Program-made: the position numbers and the translations under genes
Virus record (IMG/VR): IMGVR_UViG_3300025870_001501
Span: 1-43,350 of that record
Source: a virus
Lineage: Duplodnaviria; Caudoviricetes
Reading direction: 5' to 3' (one strand)
DNA: 43,350 nt
The notes under the pieces: generated by a model
Databases searched by the model: none
Seen by the model: only the letters and a program-made list of their open reading frames with translations
Told to the model about the DNA's origin: nothing
Part shown: positions 1 through 9,496 of the stretch, one piece after another
Numbering within the stretch: the stretch's first letter is position 1
How the letters are laid out: each line of letters opens with the position of its first letter

Positions 1-255
1 CTGGTTGGGTCATTCACGGGTGTTAGGTACGTGGTCACACTGACCGACACGATCAATGCAAACAAGATTGAGATAATGAACATGCAGAGAGACATGACTG
101 TGATAAGGGATTCAAACACTGATCTGAAACAGCGTCTGGCAAGGGCAGAAGGTACCTGGGAGATGGCAGAGAACCTGTACAGAGAACTGGCGGAGAAGGT
201 CAGAGACATGGCATGGGACATCAAGGACCTTAGCAGGGAAGTTAACGGAAACTAG
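1..255 (+). CDS. coiled-coil hypothetical protein (5' truncated by window edge)
   Basis: Frame is open from base 1; heptad-like amphipathic sequence; stop 1 nt before next ATG. Confidence 0.65.
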   Translation: MVGSFTGVRYVVTLTDTINANKIEIMNMQRDMTVIRDSNTDLKQRLARAEGTWEMAENLYRELAEKVRDMAWDIKDLSREVNGN

Positions 256-256
256 A

Positions 257-841
257 ATGGATACTCTCAGGATGGCTCCAAATAAATTTACACTGCTGTT
301 GTTAGCCTTGCTCATATTATTTGCTGTGTTGGTTAGACCTGCTCAGGCACGTAACGAATACCTCAACAGTTACTCAAATGCGTGTCAGTATGGTTCTGTT
401 GACCTAAGCACCAGTTACTCACAGGACGACACCGACTACAGACACTACTCGCCCAGCAACGACTACGACAACTTCTCAGACAGGAAAGAACTGAGATTGA
501 GTTTCAGGAAGTACTTGGGTGTGAGCAAAAAGATGTGTGATGAACAAAATAAAGTATTACTAGAGAATGAGAACCTGAGACAGGAACTGGAGATGCTGAA
601 GGTGTGCCAGAAGTACGCGGACAGACCACTGCCACCACAGTTTGCCACAGTGGAGAAACACTGCAAGGGACTGAGAGCAAGACCTGTTAGAGAAAAAAGC
701 GAAGATCCTTTATGGGACGAAATGAAGAAAGATTACCTAAAGGCTAATCCTAAAGCAGACGTTTACAATCCACCCAAAGACAGTTTGAAGATTCCAACAG
801 ATAAACAAATGAACGGCCCTTTACCAGAACCTAAAAATTAA
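257..841 (+). CDS. exported hypothetical protein
   Basis: Hydrophobic signal peptide ending PAQA|RN; several Cys. Confidence 0.7.
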   Translation: MDTLRMAPNKFTLLLLALLILFAVLVRPAQARNEYLNSYSNACQYGSVDLSTSYSQDDTDYRHYSPSNDYDNFSDRKELRLSFRKYLGVSKKMCDEQNKVLLENENLRQELEMLKVCQKYADRPLPPQFATVEKHCKGLRARPVREKSEDPLWDEMKKDYLKANPKADVYNPPKDSLKIPTDKQMNGPLPEPKN

Positions 842-857
842 TATTTTTTGTTTTGAG

Positions 858-933
858 TGGTGGAGGATACAGGGATCGAACCTGCTACCTCCTGAATGCA
901 AATCAGGCGCTCTCCCAGATGAGCTAATCCCCC
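858..933 (-). tRNA. tRNA-Ala(TGC)
   Basis: 76-nt cloverleaf GGGGGATTAGCTCA...GTTCGAT...CCACCA; anticodon loop TTTGCAT; G3:U70 Ala identity pair; encoded CCA. Confidence 0.96.
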
Positions 934-942
934 AGTTAAGTA

Positions 943-1018
943 TGGTGCCCCTTGTCCGAGTCGAACAGACCACCTACTGATTACAAATCAGTTGCTCTAC
1001 CAGATGAGCTAAAGGGGC
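943..1018 (-). tRNA. tRNA-Thr(TGT)
   Basis: 76-nt cloverleaf GCCCCTTTAGCTCA...GTTCGAC...GCACCA; anticodon loop TTTGTAA; encoded CCA. Confidence 0.96.
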
Positions 1019-1019
1019 A

Positions 1020-1628
1020 TTAAACTATGTTGCCTGACACTGTGATTCTGTGTTTGTCCGATGTGTAAAAAGGTGTAACAGAATGATTCATGTTTCCAGG
1101 AAACAATACTAATTTACCTTCAAAAGTTTTATCCACAGGCAATATTTGGTTTCTAATTGTTCCCATAGCATCTGTGTAATGAAAGTTAAATGCAGGCAGT
1201 CGTTCAATGTTTCTGCCTGAGTAATTCACATGAGCTTTTTCTTGCTCCATGGTGTAAGGCACTTTGACCCACAAGGCAAAACTAAACTCACCATTATGAG
1301 TGTGTGTTCCAAAATATTCGTGTTTGGATTGATAATTGACCCAAGCGTCTTTGAGTGTGTAGGTATTTTTTAATTTGTCTCCATAAGCAGAGTGTTCACA
1401 ATACTTTTGACACAACGGTGCTATCAAATTTTCTAAATGTTTAACACAATCTTGTAGATAGAATTCGTTTTGTAAATTACTGGCATGACCTAAATCATTA
1501 ATCGTTGCTGAATCAAAGTCTTTTTGAATTTTGTCTATTTCTAACTGGATAGGTGCAAGTTCTTCAGGTTGCAGTGTGGCTTGTACATAGCCTTGATTTG
1601 GAAAAGTTCCGTAGAAAGTGTCGATCAT
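1020..1628 (-). CDS. putative 2OG-Fe(II) oxygenase (TIGR02466-like)
   Basis: WVN...HTH...FSFALWV...LFPGNMNHSVTPF...RITVSGN motif set. Confidence 0.8.
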   Translation of the reverse strand: MIDTFYGTFPNQGYVQATLQPEELAPIQLEIDKIQKDFDSATINDLGHASNLQNEFYLQDCVKHLENLIAPLCQKYCEHSAYGDKLKNTYTLKDAWVNYQSKHEYFGTHTHNGEFSFALWVKVPYTMEQEKAHVNYSGRNIERLPAFNFHYTDAMGTIRNQILPVDKTFEGKLVLFPGNMNHSVTPFYTSDKHRITVSGNIV

Positions 1629-1645
1629 ATATTAATTTATCATTA

Positions 1646-1784
1646 GTCGGAAACACACTTACTGGAAAAAGGTTTGGAAAAGCCTTAAGTGGGTTAAAGA
1701 CTCACGTACTCTAACCCTTCTTATTAAGAAACTTGGGCTTCTCCCGCCACCTTCATTCAGTGGAGTTTCCGACCCTCTATGAGG
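1646..1784. ncRNA. candidate structured non-coding RNA
   Basis: GTCGGAAAC (1646-1654) pairs with GTTTCCGAC (1765-1773) and encloses several hairpins; GC-richer than flanks. Confidence 0.45.
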
Positions 1785-1815
1785 AGTTATATAAAATAAG
1801 GCCTAGGTCGGCGCT

Positions 1816-2037
1816 TCATTTTTTACTAATTGACCTAGTCACCTTGTTGATGGTTTCCATCAATATATCTAATATTGCGTACACCAACATTAAGCAAAGA
1901 AATATTACTGTTATTGAACCTATTAAGGCCCAATGAACAATGTTCCCTGCAAAATCTTTTAACTTATCAAACAAAATACTGTTACCGCTATTACAAATAG
2001 AGCAAATACGAAAGCAATGGTGCCTAAGCAACTCCAT
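1816..2037 (-). CDS. small membrane protein (true start probably downstream, near 1974)
   Basis: One long hydrophobic segment; 5' part overlaps a better-supported ORF. Confidence 0.35.
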   Translation of the reverse strand: MELLRHHCFRICSICNSGNSILFDKLKDFAGNIVHWALIGSITVIFLCLMLVYAILDILMETINKVTRSISKK

Positions 2038-2090
2038 TCAACACGTTCTATTCTATTTTTTGGTTTGCGTATTTTAACTATTTTTACCAT
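1959..2090 (-). CDS. small membrane protein (43 aa, MVKIVKIRKPK...)
   Basis: Read by hand; GAGG RBS and sigma70 promoter directly upstream; C-terminal TM helix. Confidence 0.55.
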   Translation of the reverse strand: MVKIVKIRKPKNRIERVEWSCLGTIAFVFALFVIAVTVFCLIS

Positions 2091-2102
2091 AGTGTTCCTC
2101 TT

Positions 2103-2131
2103 ATTATAGTGTCGATTACTACCAAAGTCAA
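2103..2131 (-). promoter_or_regulatory. sigma70-type promoter
   Basis: TTGACT-N17-TATAAT on minus strand. Confidence 0.7.
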
Positions 2132-2310
2132 CACAAAAATTTGTTTATTGCATTTTTTATAGTTTTTGGTAGATAATCCAATTCCATATGCTCCAACACT
2201 GCATTAGATTTGGCATAAGGACCTTTGTAGATTATTTGACATTTGTCGTAGAACTCTTTGTTTTCGGATGCTCTTTCAAAGTCGTTGCATATTTTTTTAA
2301 TTAGATTCAT
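2128..2310 (-). CDS. hypothetical protein
   Basis: ORF packed between minus-strand neighbours. Confidence 0.5.
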   Translation of the reverse strand: MNLIKKICNDFERASENKEFYDKCQIIYKGPYAKSNAVLEHMELDYLPKTIKNAINKFLC

Positions 2311-2464
2311 TAAGTCTTTCTATGTGTACAGGTATCACTGGATAACTGTTCTTTACCATTCGTTCTTCATCATAGGTTATTGCTATCGGTAATGTAAACG
2401 AGTAGTTGACTTTTGGAGCACAACCTACTATAATAACGAATAATAATAACACTAATTTAAGCAT
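2297..2464 (-). CDS. small putative lipoprotein (55 aa, MLKLVLLLFVIIVGC...)
   Basis: Read by hand; IVGC lipobox-like motif; TAAATA upstream. Confidence 0.55.
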   Translation of the reverse strand: MLKLVLLLFVIIVGCAPKVNYSFTLPIAITYDEERMVKNSYPVIPVHIERLNESN

Positions 2465-2470
2465 TAGTTG

Positions 2471-2483
2471 TATTTAATAAATA
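2471..2483. promoter_or_regulatory. divergent pair of phage late promoters (TATTTA-A-TAAATA)
   Basis: Palindromic arrangement feeding ATG 2464(-) and ATG 2489(+). Confidence 0.6.
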
Positions 2484-2488
2484 TGAGC

Positions 2489-2764
2489 ATGAACAAAAGA
2501 CTAGAAACGGCAGTAATTTTGATCCTAATATTGATATTGGTAGGCATTGGTATCAGCAGTTGTGCCAAACCCAACACAGAACGCACAGCAACCCCTACAA
2601 GCAACATATTGATACATAGTGGATCCATTGGTAAAATATTGGGTTGTATGTTTGCTCCTGGAGAATGCGACAAGATGAAAAAGAACAACAAAGAACATGA
2701 TTCTAGTGATATGACCGAAGAGTTTGAAAAACTTGACGAACAAATGGAAAAGGAAAACAAATAA
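2489..2764 (+). CDS. putative lipoprotein
   Basis: MNKRL + hydrophobic stretch + ISSC lipobox; TAAATA-N5-ATG start. Confidence 0.65.
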   Translation: MNKRLETAVILILILILVGIGISSCAKPNTERTATPTSNILIHSGSIGKILGCMFAPGECDKMKKNNKEHDSSDMTEEFEKLDEQMEKENK

Positions 2765-3075
2765 TGTACAAAATTTTAATACTTGCATACCTAATAGGAC
2801 AGTCGCCGATCGAAACACAAAAAACATTTCAAATGGGACAAACATTTGACACAATGGAAGAGTGTAAAAAAGAACTTCTTCTTATGGATCCAGACAGAGG
2901 AACGTATGATGTACTTTGGGACTTTGTGAACAACATGAACTTTCAATACGATTGGTTGATGGCTGGTTGCAAGAATGATAAAACAGGAGAAGAGTTTCAA
3001 ATAGAACCTTCTTATCCAAAAGGTAAACCACTTGAACTAGAAGGTTTACAATTAGACGGACAATTAAAAGTATAA
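2764..3075 (+). CDS. exported hypothetical protein
   Basis: TAATG coupling; short N-terminal hydrophobic segment; F-x-T-x-E-E-C...C pattern. Confidence 0.7.
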   Translation: MYKILILAYLIGQSPIETQKTFQMGQTFDTMEECKKELLLMDPDRGTYDVLWDFVNNMNFQYDWLMAGCKNDKTGEEFQIEPSYPKGKPLELEGLQLDGQLKV

Positions 3076-3146
3076 TATAATTTCTTCGCATAGGTGCTAT
3101 TAAAAAAGCACATATAATTTCTTCATTGATGCATCTAAATACTATT

Positions 3147-3383
3147 ATGAAATGGTTTATAATAGTTTTAATGATGGGTGCATATCCTGACGGAACTAAA
3201 GATATGTTCTGGTATGACAAACCTCAATTCAACACCGTTGAAGAATGTCAACTCTATGTGACTTTTAATGCTGACAGTATCAAAATGAATATGGCTGGAC
3301 AGTATGGACCACAGCCAATAGAGATGGTTTATTGTGTCAGAGAAGATCGCCTTAGCCAATTTGGTGTACCTGAAAAAGTATAA
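3147..3383 (+). CDS. exported hypothetical protein, probable paralogue of 2764-3075
   Basis: MKWFIIVLMM; FNTVEEC...C pattern; TAAATA-N5-ATG. Confidence 0.7.
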   Translation: MKWFIIVLMMGAYPDGTKDMFWYDKPQFNTVEECQLYVTFNADSIKMNMAGQYGPQPIEMVYCVREDRLSQFGVPEKV

Positions 3384-3656
3384 TTACTTAGAATCAATAA
3401 CGTCTAGTTCAACACTAATCCCATTACTTTTAATAACCTTCTCGCTCATCACAGTTACTTGAGTGGGTTGTAAATGTTCAGAATCTGAACTCATTACTTG
3501 ATGAAAATCTTCAGACACATTGGTTGAAAACTCATCTAGTATTTGTTGTTGTGTGAATGTTTGATTGTGATCAACTGTGATTCTTACAGTTGCTTCTATT
3601 TCTGTTTTGAATTGTGAAGTGTTCCTTTTGCCTATCATATTACTATAATACAACAA
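3384..3656 (-). CDS. hypothetical protein (start probably about 3638)
   Basis: ORF behind a TTGACA-N17-TATTAT promoter. Confidence 0.6.
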   Translation of the reverse strand: MLYYSNMIGKRNTSQFKTEIEATVRITVDHNQTFTQQQILDEFSTNVSEDFHQVMSSDSEHLQPTQVTVMSEKVIKSNGISVELDVIDSK

Positions 3657-3676
3657 AAGGAAACTTCTGTCAATTG

Positions 3677-5581
3677 TTATTTCTTATCTTCTTCTTTGGG
3701 ATCAACTTCTTTAAAGTCAGCGTCTACAATATTTTCTTCTGTGCTTTCGCCTTGTTGTTCCGACTGTGCTTGTTCTTCTTGTGCTTGTTTGTACACTGCT
3801 TCGCCCAACTTCATACTGGCTTCTGTGAGTGTTTTGATTGCTTCTTGAATCTTACTCACATCATCTGTTTTGGATGCGTCGATTAAAGTTGCTTTGGCAT
3901 CTTCAATTGCTTTCTTTTCCTCTTCAGATATCTTGTCGCCATGCTCTTTGAGTTGCTTGTCGATTTGATGTGTCAGTGTTTCAGATTGGTTCTTTGTTTC
4001 TACCAACTCTCTTTTCTTCTTGTCTTCTTCTTTGTTGGCTTCTGCATCTTTAACCATCTGGTCAATGTCTTCATCTGAAAGTCCACCCGATGCTTGAATA
4101 GTGATCTTCTGTTCTTTGCCAGTGCCTTTGTCTTTGGCACTCACACTCAAGATACCATTTGCATCTATATCAAATGTAACTTCGATCTGTGGTAAACCTC
4201 TTGGAGCAGGTGCAATACCTTCAAGGTTAAAGTTACCCAGCAATTTGTTGTCCACTGCCATATCTCTTTCACCCTGTGTAACTCTGATGGTCACTGCCGC
4301 TTGGTTGTCTTCAGCAGTTGAAAACACTTGACTTTTCTTTGTGGGAATAGTTGTGTTCTTTTCTATTACTTTGGTTGTTACTCCGCCCAGTGTTTCAATA
4401 CCAAGTGATAAAGGTGTAACGTCTAACAACAATACATCTTTGACATCGCCTTGCAGTACTCCACCTTGAATAGCGGCACCCAATGCCACCACTTCATCTG
4501 GATTAACTCCTTTGTGTGGTTCTTTGCCAAAAAAGTCTTTGACTGTGTCAAACACTTTGGGCATTCTAGTCATACCACCTACTAACACCACTTCACTAAC
4601 ATCTTTTGCTGTGACCCCAGCATCTTTCAATGCCTGTTTGCAAGGAGAGAGTGTTCGTGCTATAAGATCACCAACTAAACTTTCCAATGTTGCTCTAGTC
4701 ATCTTTATGTTGATGTGTTTAGGTCCTGTTTTATCTGCTGTGATAAAAGGTAGATTGATGTCTGTTTGTGCGGTACTTGACAATTCTATTTTGGCTTTCT
4801 CAGCCGCCTCCCTCACACGTTGTACAGCCAATTTGTCGTTGGCTAAATCAATACCTTGATCTTTTTTAAATTCACTGATGATGTAATTTGTGATTGTAGC
4901 ATCAAAGTCTTCGCCACCCAGTGTTGTGTCACCATTTGTGGATTTAACTTCAAACACTCCGTCACCTAGTTCTAATATAGAAACATCAAATGTACCTCCA
5001 CCTAGATCGTACACAGCAATCGTGCCTGACTTTTTCTTATCCAGACCGTATGCCAACGCCGCCGCAGTTGGTTCATTGATAATTCTTTCCACTTCCAGTC
5101 CAGCAATCTTACCTGCGTCCTTTGTAGCCTTACGTTGACTGTCATTGAAGTACGCCGGTACAGTGATCACTGCCTTTGTAACTTCGGAACCTAGATATTT
5201 TTCTGCTGTTTCTTTCATCTTACGTAAAACAGAAGCAGAAATTTCAGATGGTGCATATTTTTTGCCATTGGCTTTAACCCAAGCATCACCGTTGTCTGCT
5301 TTCACAATTTCGTAAGGAAGTGTTTTGATATCTTTTTGCACAGCATCACCGTCGAATGTTCTACCAATCAAACGTTTCGCCGCAAATATTGTGTTGCTTG
5401 AATTGGATACTGCTTGTCTTTTTGCAGGCATACCAACCAATGTTTCAGAGTCTGTGAATGCTACCACACTTGGAGTGGTTCTTGCTCCTTCTGTATTTTC
5501 AATAACTTTTGCGTCCTTACCTTCCATCAAAGCAACACAAGAGTTTGTTGTACCCAAGTCTATTCCTATTATTTTACTCAT
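3677..5581 (-). CDS. dnaK: molecular chaperone DnaK (Hsp70)
   Basis: [37 protein letters not shown] signatures; 634 aa. Confidence 0.99.
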   Translation of the reverse strand: MSKIIGIDLGTTNSCVALMEGKDAKVIENTEGARTTPSVVAFTDSETLVGMPAKRQAVSNSSNTIFAAKRLIGRTFDGDAVQKDIKTLPYEIVKADNGDAWVKANGKKYAPSEISASVLRKMKETAEKYLGSEVTKAVITVPAYFNDSQRKATKDAGKIAGLEVERIINEPTAAALAYGLDKKKSGTIAVYDLGGGTFDVSILELGDGVFEVKSTNGDTTLGGEDFDATITNYIISEFKKDQGIDLANDKLAVQRVREAAEKAKIELSSTAQTDINLPFITADKTGPKHINIKMTRATLESLVGDLIARTLSPCKQALKDAGVTAKDVSEVVLVGGMTRMPKVFDTVKDFFGKEPHKGVNPDEVVALGAAIQGGVLQGDVKDVLLLDVTPLSLGIETLGGVTTKVIEKNTTIPTKKSQVFSTAEDNQAAVTIRVTQGERDMAVDNKLLGNFNLEGIAPAPRGLPQIEVTFDIDANGILSVSAKDKGTGKEQKITIQASGGLSDEDIDQMVKDAEANKEEDKKKRELVETKNQSETLTHQIDKQLKEHGDKISEEEKKAIEDAKATLIDASKTDDVSKIQEAIKTLTEASMKLGEAVYKQAQEEQAQSEQQGESTEENIVDADFKEVDPKEEDKK

Positions 5582-5589
5582 TTTAGTTT

Positions 5590-5605
5590 CTCCTTGTTAA
5601 GCGAG
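5590..5605 (-). promoter_or_regulatory. ROSE-like RNA thermometer hairpin sequestering the dnaK SD
   Basis: mRNA CUC-G-CUU-AAC-AAGGAG: UCGCU motif with bulged G paired to AGGAG. Confidence 0.6.
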
Positions 5606-5625
5606 TTTTTTTTATTATGTAAATT

Positions 5626-5653
5626 ATATAAGCACTCTTTGTCAAATGTCAAG
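5626..5653 (-). promoter_or_regulatory. RpoH (sigma32)-type promoter of dnaK
   Basis: CTTG-N17-CTTATAT, matching the alphaproteobacterial heat-shock consensus. Confidence 0.7.
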
Positions 5654-5666
5654 AGTTTTTGGTAAA

Positions 5667-7322
5667 CTAATCGTAGAAATCCCCAGATTTCATGTTAGTA
5701 TTTTCCACAGGATCCCAATCTTTCTTAACAGACTCGGGTTCATCAAACACTGACGCTCCTGTTGTGATTAATAATCCAGCAATACTTGAAGCATTTATTA
5801 ATGCTGTTTTTGACACTTTGGTAGGATCGATAATACCCAATTCCATCATGTCACCAAAATCACCTGTTCCAGCATCATAACCAAAGTTACCTTTACCTTT
5901 CAGTATTTCATTTATAATCACATCTGGCGATCCGCCTGCGTTCGCAATAATCTGTCTCACTGGAGATTCGAGTGCTTTCAACACAATCTGTATACCTGCT
6001 GTTTGATCTTCGTTGTCTCCTTGCAGATTTTCAATGTTTTGTTTGGCTCTTAAGAAAGCAACTCCACCACCTGGCACAACACCATCTTCAACTGCGGCTT
6101 TGGTAGCATTTAAGGCATCTTCAATTCTGTCTTTTTTCTCCTGCACTTCAACTTCAGTTGCGGCACCCACTCTAATCACTGCGACTCCGCCTGTAAGTTT
6201 GGCTAATCTTTCTTCTAATTTTCTTTTGTCATCGCCACCTTCACTCATTTCAATCTGTTTTTTAAGCTCTGCAACTCTGATGTCTATTTTAGATTTAAAT
6301 CCCTTGCCACCTATGATTGTGGTTGTGTTTTTGTCTACAACTACTCTTGATGCTTGTCCAAGGTCTTCCAATTTGGCTTTTTCTAAAGTTAATCCTGTGT
6401 CGTCTGATATCACTTCACCACCTGTTAGTGTTGCCATATCCTGCAACATTGCTTTTCTGCTGTTGCCATAACCCGGAGCATGAACTGCCGCACATCTAAT
6501 TGTGCCTTTGGCATTGTTCATCACTAATGTGGCTAGTGCCTCTCCTTCAGCATCTTCACACACAAATAAAAACGGTTTGTTCTTTTTGGCAAGTTCTTCT
6601 AATAGAGGAACAATTTCTTGAATAGTTCTAATGTGCTTACCTGTTAATATAATATAAACATCTTCCAATTCCACAAGTTGTTTTGCTGGATTGTTAATGA
6701 AGTACGGACTCATATAACCTCGATCAAATTGCAATCCTTCTACAACTTCCAGTTCATTCTTCATGGTCTTGCCTTTTTCAACAGTGATAACACCTTCTTT
6801 GCCAACCTTTTCCATAGCCTCAGCAATCATAGATCCTATGTCTTTGTCTGAGTTGGCAGATATAGTTCCAACTTGTTCTATTTCGTTCTGTGTTTTACAT
6901 TGTTTTGATATTTTAGAGAGTTGTTCAACCACTACATCAGTGGCTTTGTCCATTCCTCTTTTTAAATCCATTGGGTTCATGCCGGCAGTGATATACTTAA
7001 CACCTTCATTAACAATTGATTGAGCTAACACTGTGGCAGTGGTTGTTCCATCACCTGCTTCTTCGTTGGTTCTGCTGGCAACTTCCTTAACCATCTGAGC
7101 ACCCATGTTGGCTAGATCATCTTTTAATAAAATTTCTTTTGCTACTGTGACACCATCTTTGGTTATTGCTGGAGCACCCCATGTTCTCTGTAGAACAACA
7201 TTTCTACCTTTGGGTCCTAGAGTTATTCTCACAGCATTTGCTAGAATATCTACTCCTTGAATTAGTTTGCTTCTGCTACGAGATCCAAATTCTACTTTTT
7301 TTGTTTTACCATTAATTGCCAT
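5667..7322 (-). CDS. groEL: chaperonin GroEL (Cpn60)
   Basis: [37 protein letters not shown] motifs; no GGM tail. Confidence 0.99.
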   Translation of the reverse strand: MAINGKTKKVEFGSRSRSKLIQGVDILANAVRITLGPKGRNVVLQRTWGAPAITKDGVTVAKEILLKDDLANMGAQMVKEVASRTNEEAGDGTTTATVLAQSIVNEGVKYITAGMNPMDLKRGMDKATDVVVEQLSKISKQCKTQNEIEQVGTISANSDKDIGSMIAEAMEKVGKEGVITVEKGKTMKNELEVVEGLQFDRGYMSPYFINNPAKQLVELEDVYIILTGKHIRTIQEIVPLLEELAKKNKPFLFVCEDAEGEALATLVMNNAKGTIRCAAVHAPGYGNSRKAMLQDMATLTGGEVISDDTGLTLEKAKLEDLGQASRVVVDKNTTTIIGGKGFKSKIDIRVAELKKQIEMSEGGDDKRKLEERLAKLTGGVAVIRVGAATEVEVQEKKDRIEDALNATKAAVEDGVVPGGGVAFLRAKQNIENLQGDNEDQTAGIQIVLKALESPVRQIIANAGGSPDVIINEILKGKGNFGYDAGTGDFGDMMELGIIDPTKVSKTALINASSIAGLLITTGASVFDEPESVKKDWDPVENTNMKSGDFYD

Positions 7323-7356
7323 GTGTATAATACTCCTTTGTTAATACTATGCTAGT

Positions 7357-7384
7357 ATATAAGCATTTGTGTGTGTTTGTCAAG
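7357..7384 (-). promoter_or_regulatory. RpoH (sigma32)-type promoter of groEL
   Basis: CTTG-N17-CTTATAT, same architecture as the dnaK promoter. Confidence 0.7.
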
Positions 7385-7401
7385 TGGTTTATGAATATAT
7401 T

Positions 7402-7593
7402 TTAATGTATGGCTTCGGCAACACTGGCACACTTGTGTTCCTCAACAAATTGGACATCGTCCAGTTTGATTGTTGGTTCATTTTCCAACAGTGTTTCGTA
7501 AGCATCTTGAAGATCCATGGCATACACTTTGAAACAACTGTCGTCATCGGTGTGCATTAGATAAATTTTGACAGGGTATTCGATAGTCCTCAT
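7402..7593 (-). CDS. hypothetical protein
   Basis: ORF in minus-strand run. Confidence 0.6.
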   Translation of the reverse strand: MRTIEYPVKIYLMHTDDDSCFKVYAMDLQDAYETLLENEPTIKLDDVQFVEEHKCASVAEAIH

Positions 7594-7607
7594 ACCAACT
7601 GTTTATG

Positions 7608-7997
7608 CTATTGTTGTGGAGTTATTGTTAAATCGTGAGTAACAAACAGCAGGCAAGTGTCTTCGCTGATTGGGACATTCATTGTTGCCGCTGTGCTGGA
7701 TCCATCTGAACTAATAAAATATGTGAGTAGAAACACAGGTTCGCCTTTGGGATCGGAATTAGTTCTACCCAAACTCATATTCACAGCCACAAAACCTTTT
7801 GCTGTTAGTTCTTCGAAGATTGTATTTCCTTCAGCACACACCATAGGCAACTTCTGCCAATGGTAACCTGGAGTCAATGTAGGCAAAGTGGCATTTGGTG
7901 TTTTGGGTGTTTCAGGTGTTTCGGATGTTTCTTCTGCAGTTATGCTAAAGTTTAATAAGAATACAGCAATCAACATTCCCCAAATAAAGTTTTTCAT
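7608..7997 (-). CDS. exported hypothetical protein
   Basis: Start reassigned to MKNFIWGMLIAVF (signal peptide); TAAATA-N5-ATG; Pro/Thr-rich linker. Confidence 0.7.
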   Translation of the reverse strand: MKNFIWGMLIAVFLLNFSITAEETSETPETPKTPNATLPTLTPGYHWQKLPMVCAEGNTIFEELTAKGFVAVNMSLGRTNSDPKGEPVFLLTYFISSDGSSTAATMNVPISEDTCLLFVTHDLTITPQQ

Positions 7998-8022
7998 GCT
8001 AATATTTATTCTAAAAAGTAGG

Positions 8023-8319
8023 CTAGTTACTAGATTTTTTAGATTTTTTAGATTTATTTGAGTCTTTGGTTTTTTTACTACGCCAAGTTTTTGGAGTAAT
8101 TGTTGTGGGAGGAATCCAACCTGCATTCTGATTAGACATACCCATTTCTTGATTAGTAACTCCGTAAGGAACTTTTTCAACTTTGCCACCTTTGGCAAGA
8201 AACTCTTTCATAAGTTTTTCTCTTTCCTTTGCTTTCTCTTCCAAAGTTAATTCTGGTCCATCAGGCTGTTGCAGTTTAACAACTTTTTTGAATTTTGGAG
8301 CATTTTTAGGTCTCATCAT
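8023..8319 (-). CDS. basic hypothetical protein
   Basis: GGAGGAG RBS; EFLAKGGKVEKVP motif recalled from small phage proteins. Confidence 0.7.
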   Translation of the reverse strand: MMRPKNAPKFKKVVKLQQPDGPELTLEEKAKEREKLMKEFLAKGGKVEKVPYGVTNQEMGMSNQNAGWIPPTTITPKTWRSKKTKDSNKSKKSKKSSN

Positions 8320-8519
8320 TTCACACTCCTCCTGTGTGAGTCTTGGTTATTACAGAAAACTCTTATCAACCTAGACACATCAACTTCCTCAGTCTTCAAA
8401 GACCTTGGATTTGTGAATCTAACGATACAATCGTTAACCTTCAATGTTGCCGAGTTAGTGTCTACAACAACTGCGTCGTCTGTGTTCTTTCTCCAATCGT
8501 GTGATGAGTATTGTGTCAT
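8316..8519 (-). CDS. hypothetical protein
   Basis: ATGA overlap with next gene. Confidence 0.7.
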   Translation of the reverse strand: MTQYSSHDWRKNTDDAVVVDTNSATLKVNDCIVRFTNPRSLKTEEVDVSRLIRVFCNNQDSHRRSVK

Positions 8520-8735
8520 TAAATTATCTCTTTCTCTAATAAAACAAACAACTAAAAGTTATCCGTTTTGTGCTGATTCAATTATTGAATTATACAGATT
8601 GTTTGCATATTCAGTAATGGTCGATGCCCACTCTGGTTGTACAAGATATATGTACATTCCAATTGCACCAATTATTATGCCTTTGATCATATTGCCTTTC
8701 CTTTTTGCCTTTTTGTTAATAATATATTCATTGTG

Positions 8736-8927
8736 TTAATAAGTCAAGTATTTTGTTTTGTACCATTTGTAAAAATCTTTGTTTGCAAAGAACTTCGCTA
8801 CATCACTGGCAGGCACTTGATCACTTCTGATACAGTCTGCTATGTTTTGATATTCTTCTACCACAGCGTCTTTGTTAGAGCCTTTCAGGATGTCTATCAA
8901 TTTCTTTTTGCTCACTTTTCTAACCAT
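8736..8927 (-). CDS. hypothetical protein
   Basis: TAATG coupling. Confidence 0.65.
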   Translation of the reverse strand: MVRKVSKKKLIDILKGSNKDAVVEEYQNIADCIRSDQVPASDVAKFFANKDFYKWYKTKYLTY

Positions 8928-9184
8928 TAGTGTACAACCTCTTTCTTATCTTTTTGAAAAGGTTCAATGTCTACTGCTGATGAACAAACATCATCCAGTA
9001 ATCTTTGGAAGTCTTCTTTGGGTAAACATGAACGATACATTTTCAATCCCAAAGCAAGATACACACTGGCTACCATTTGATGATCATTGTCTATTCCTTT
9101 TTCAACCATCTGCTCAAAGATTTCTGCGTACAGTTCTTCGTGATGCTCTGCAATTTGAATTTTCTTTTTGATATCGTCTGACAT
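8927..9184 (-). CDS. hypothetical protein
   Basis: Tightly packed operon member. Confidence 0.65.
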   Translation of the reverse strand: MSDDIKKKIQIAEHHEELYAEIFEQMVEKGIDNDHQMVASVYLALGLKMYRSCLPKEDFQRLLDDVCSSAVDIEPFQKDKKEVVH

Positions 9185-9496
9185 TTATACTCCAGCCCAA
9201 TGTTTTAATAGTCCCAAACCAAGCAGGGCAACACCAATACTGTTTAGCACAATCAATGCTCTGTCATGCCAAAGTATTCCTACCCACAGCCATCCAGCAA
9301 CACCAGTCATTTGTACTGCTATGTTGTATGGAAACAAATTGATTGATTGCAACATCCAACCTGATATAACAAAAAACACAGACACCCACTTCACATACCA
9401 ACTTAGGTCATGCAATGGAGTGATCTTCTTGTAAACTCTTGTGGAGTTCAATGCTTTGATCTTGTCGTTTAATTTGATATGTTTTTTATTAGTCAT
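9185..9496 (-). CDS. small multi-TM membrane protein (DUF6552-like)
   Basis: WYVKW...PYN...GWLWVGILWHDRALIVLN pattern; three TM helices. Confidence 0.65.
   Translation of the reverse strand: MTNKKHIKLNDKIKALNSTRVYKKITPLHDLSWYVKWVSVFFVISGWMLQSINLFPYNIAVQMTGVAGWLWVGILWHDRALIVLNSIGVALLGLGLLKHWAGV

Noticed and set aside
1745-1773. Hammerhead ribozyme (minus-strand GAAAC and CUGAAUGA)
   Set aside because: Core does not match CUGANGA and the required three-stem geometry is absent
2406-2434. Plus-strand TTGACT-N17-TATAAT promoter
   Set aside because: Lies antisense within a plausible lipoprotein ORF, and the downstream gene has its own late promoter; may be real but unresolved
5629-5655. CIRCE operator upstream of dnaK
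   Set aside because: Only a TAAGCACTC half-site; no GAGTGCTAA arm at 9-nt spacing
3614-7023. Plus-strand ORFs over dnaK/groEL
   Set aside because: Antisense shadows of conserved genes; no RBS or motifs
8031-8056. 9-bp TAGATTTTT repeat
   Set aside because: Encodes a low-complexity SKK tail only
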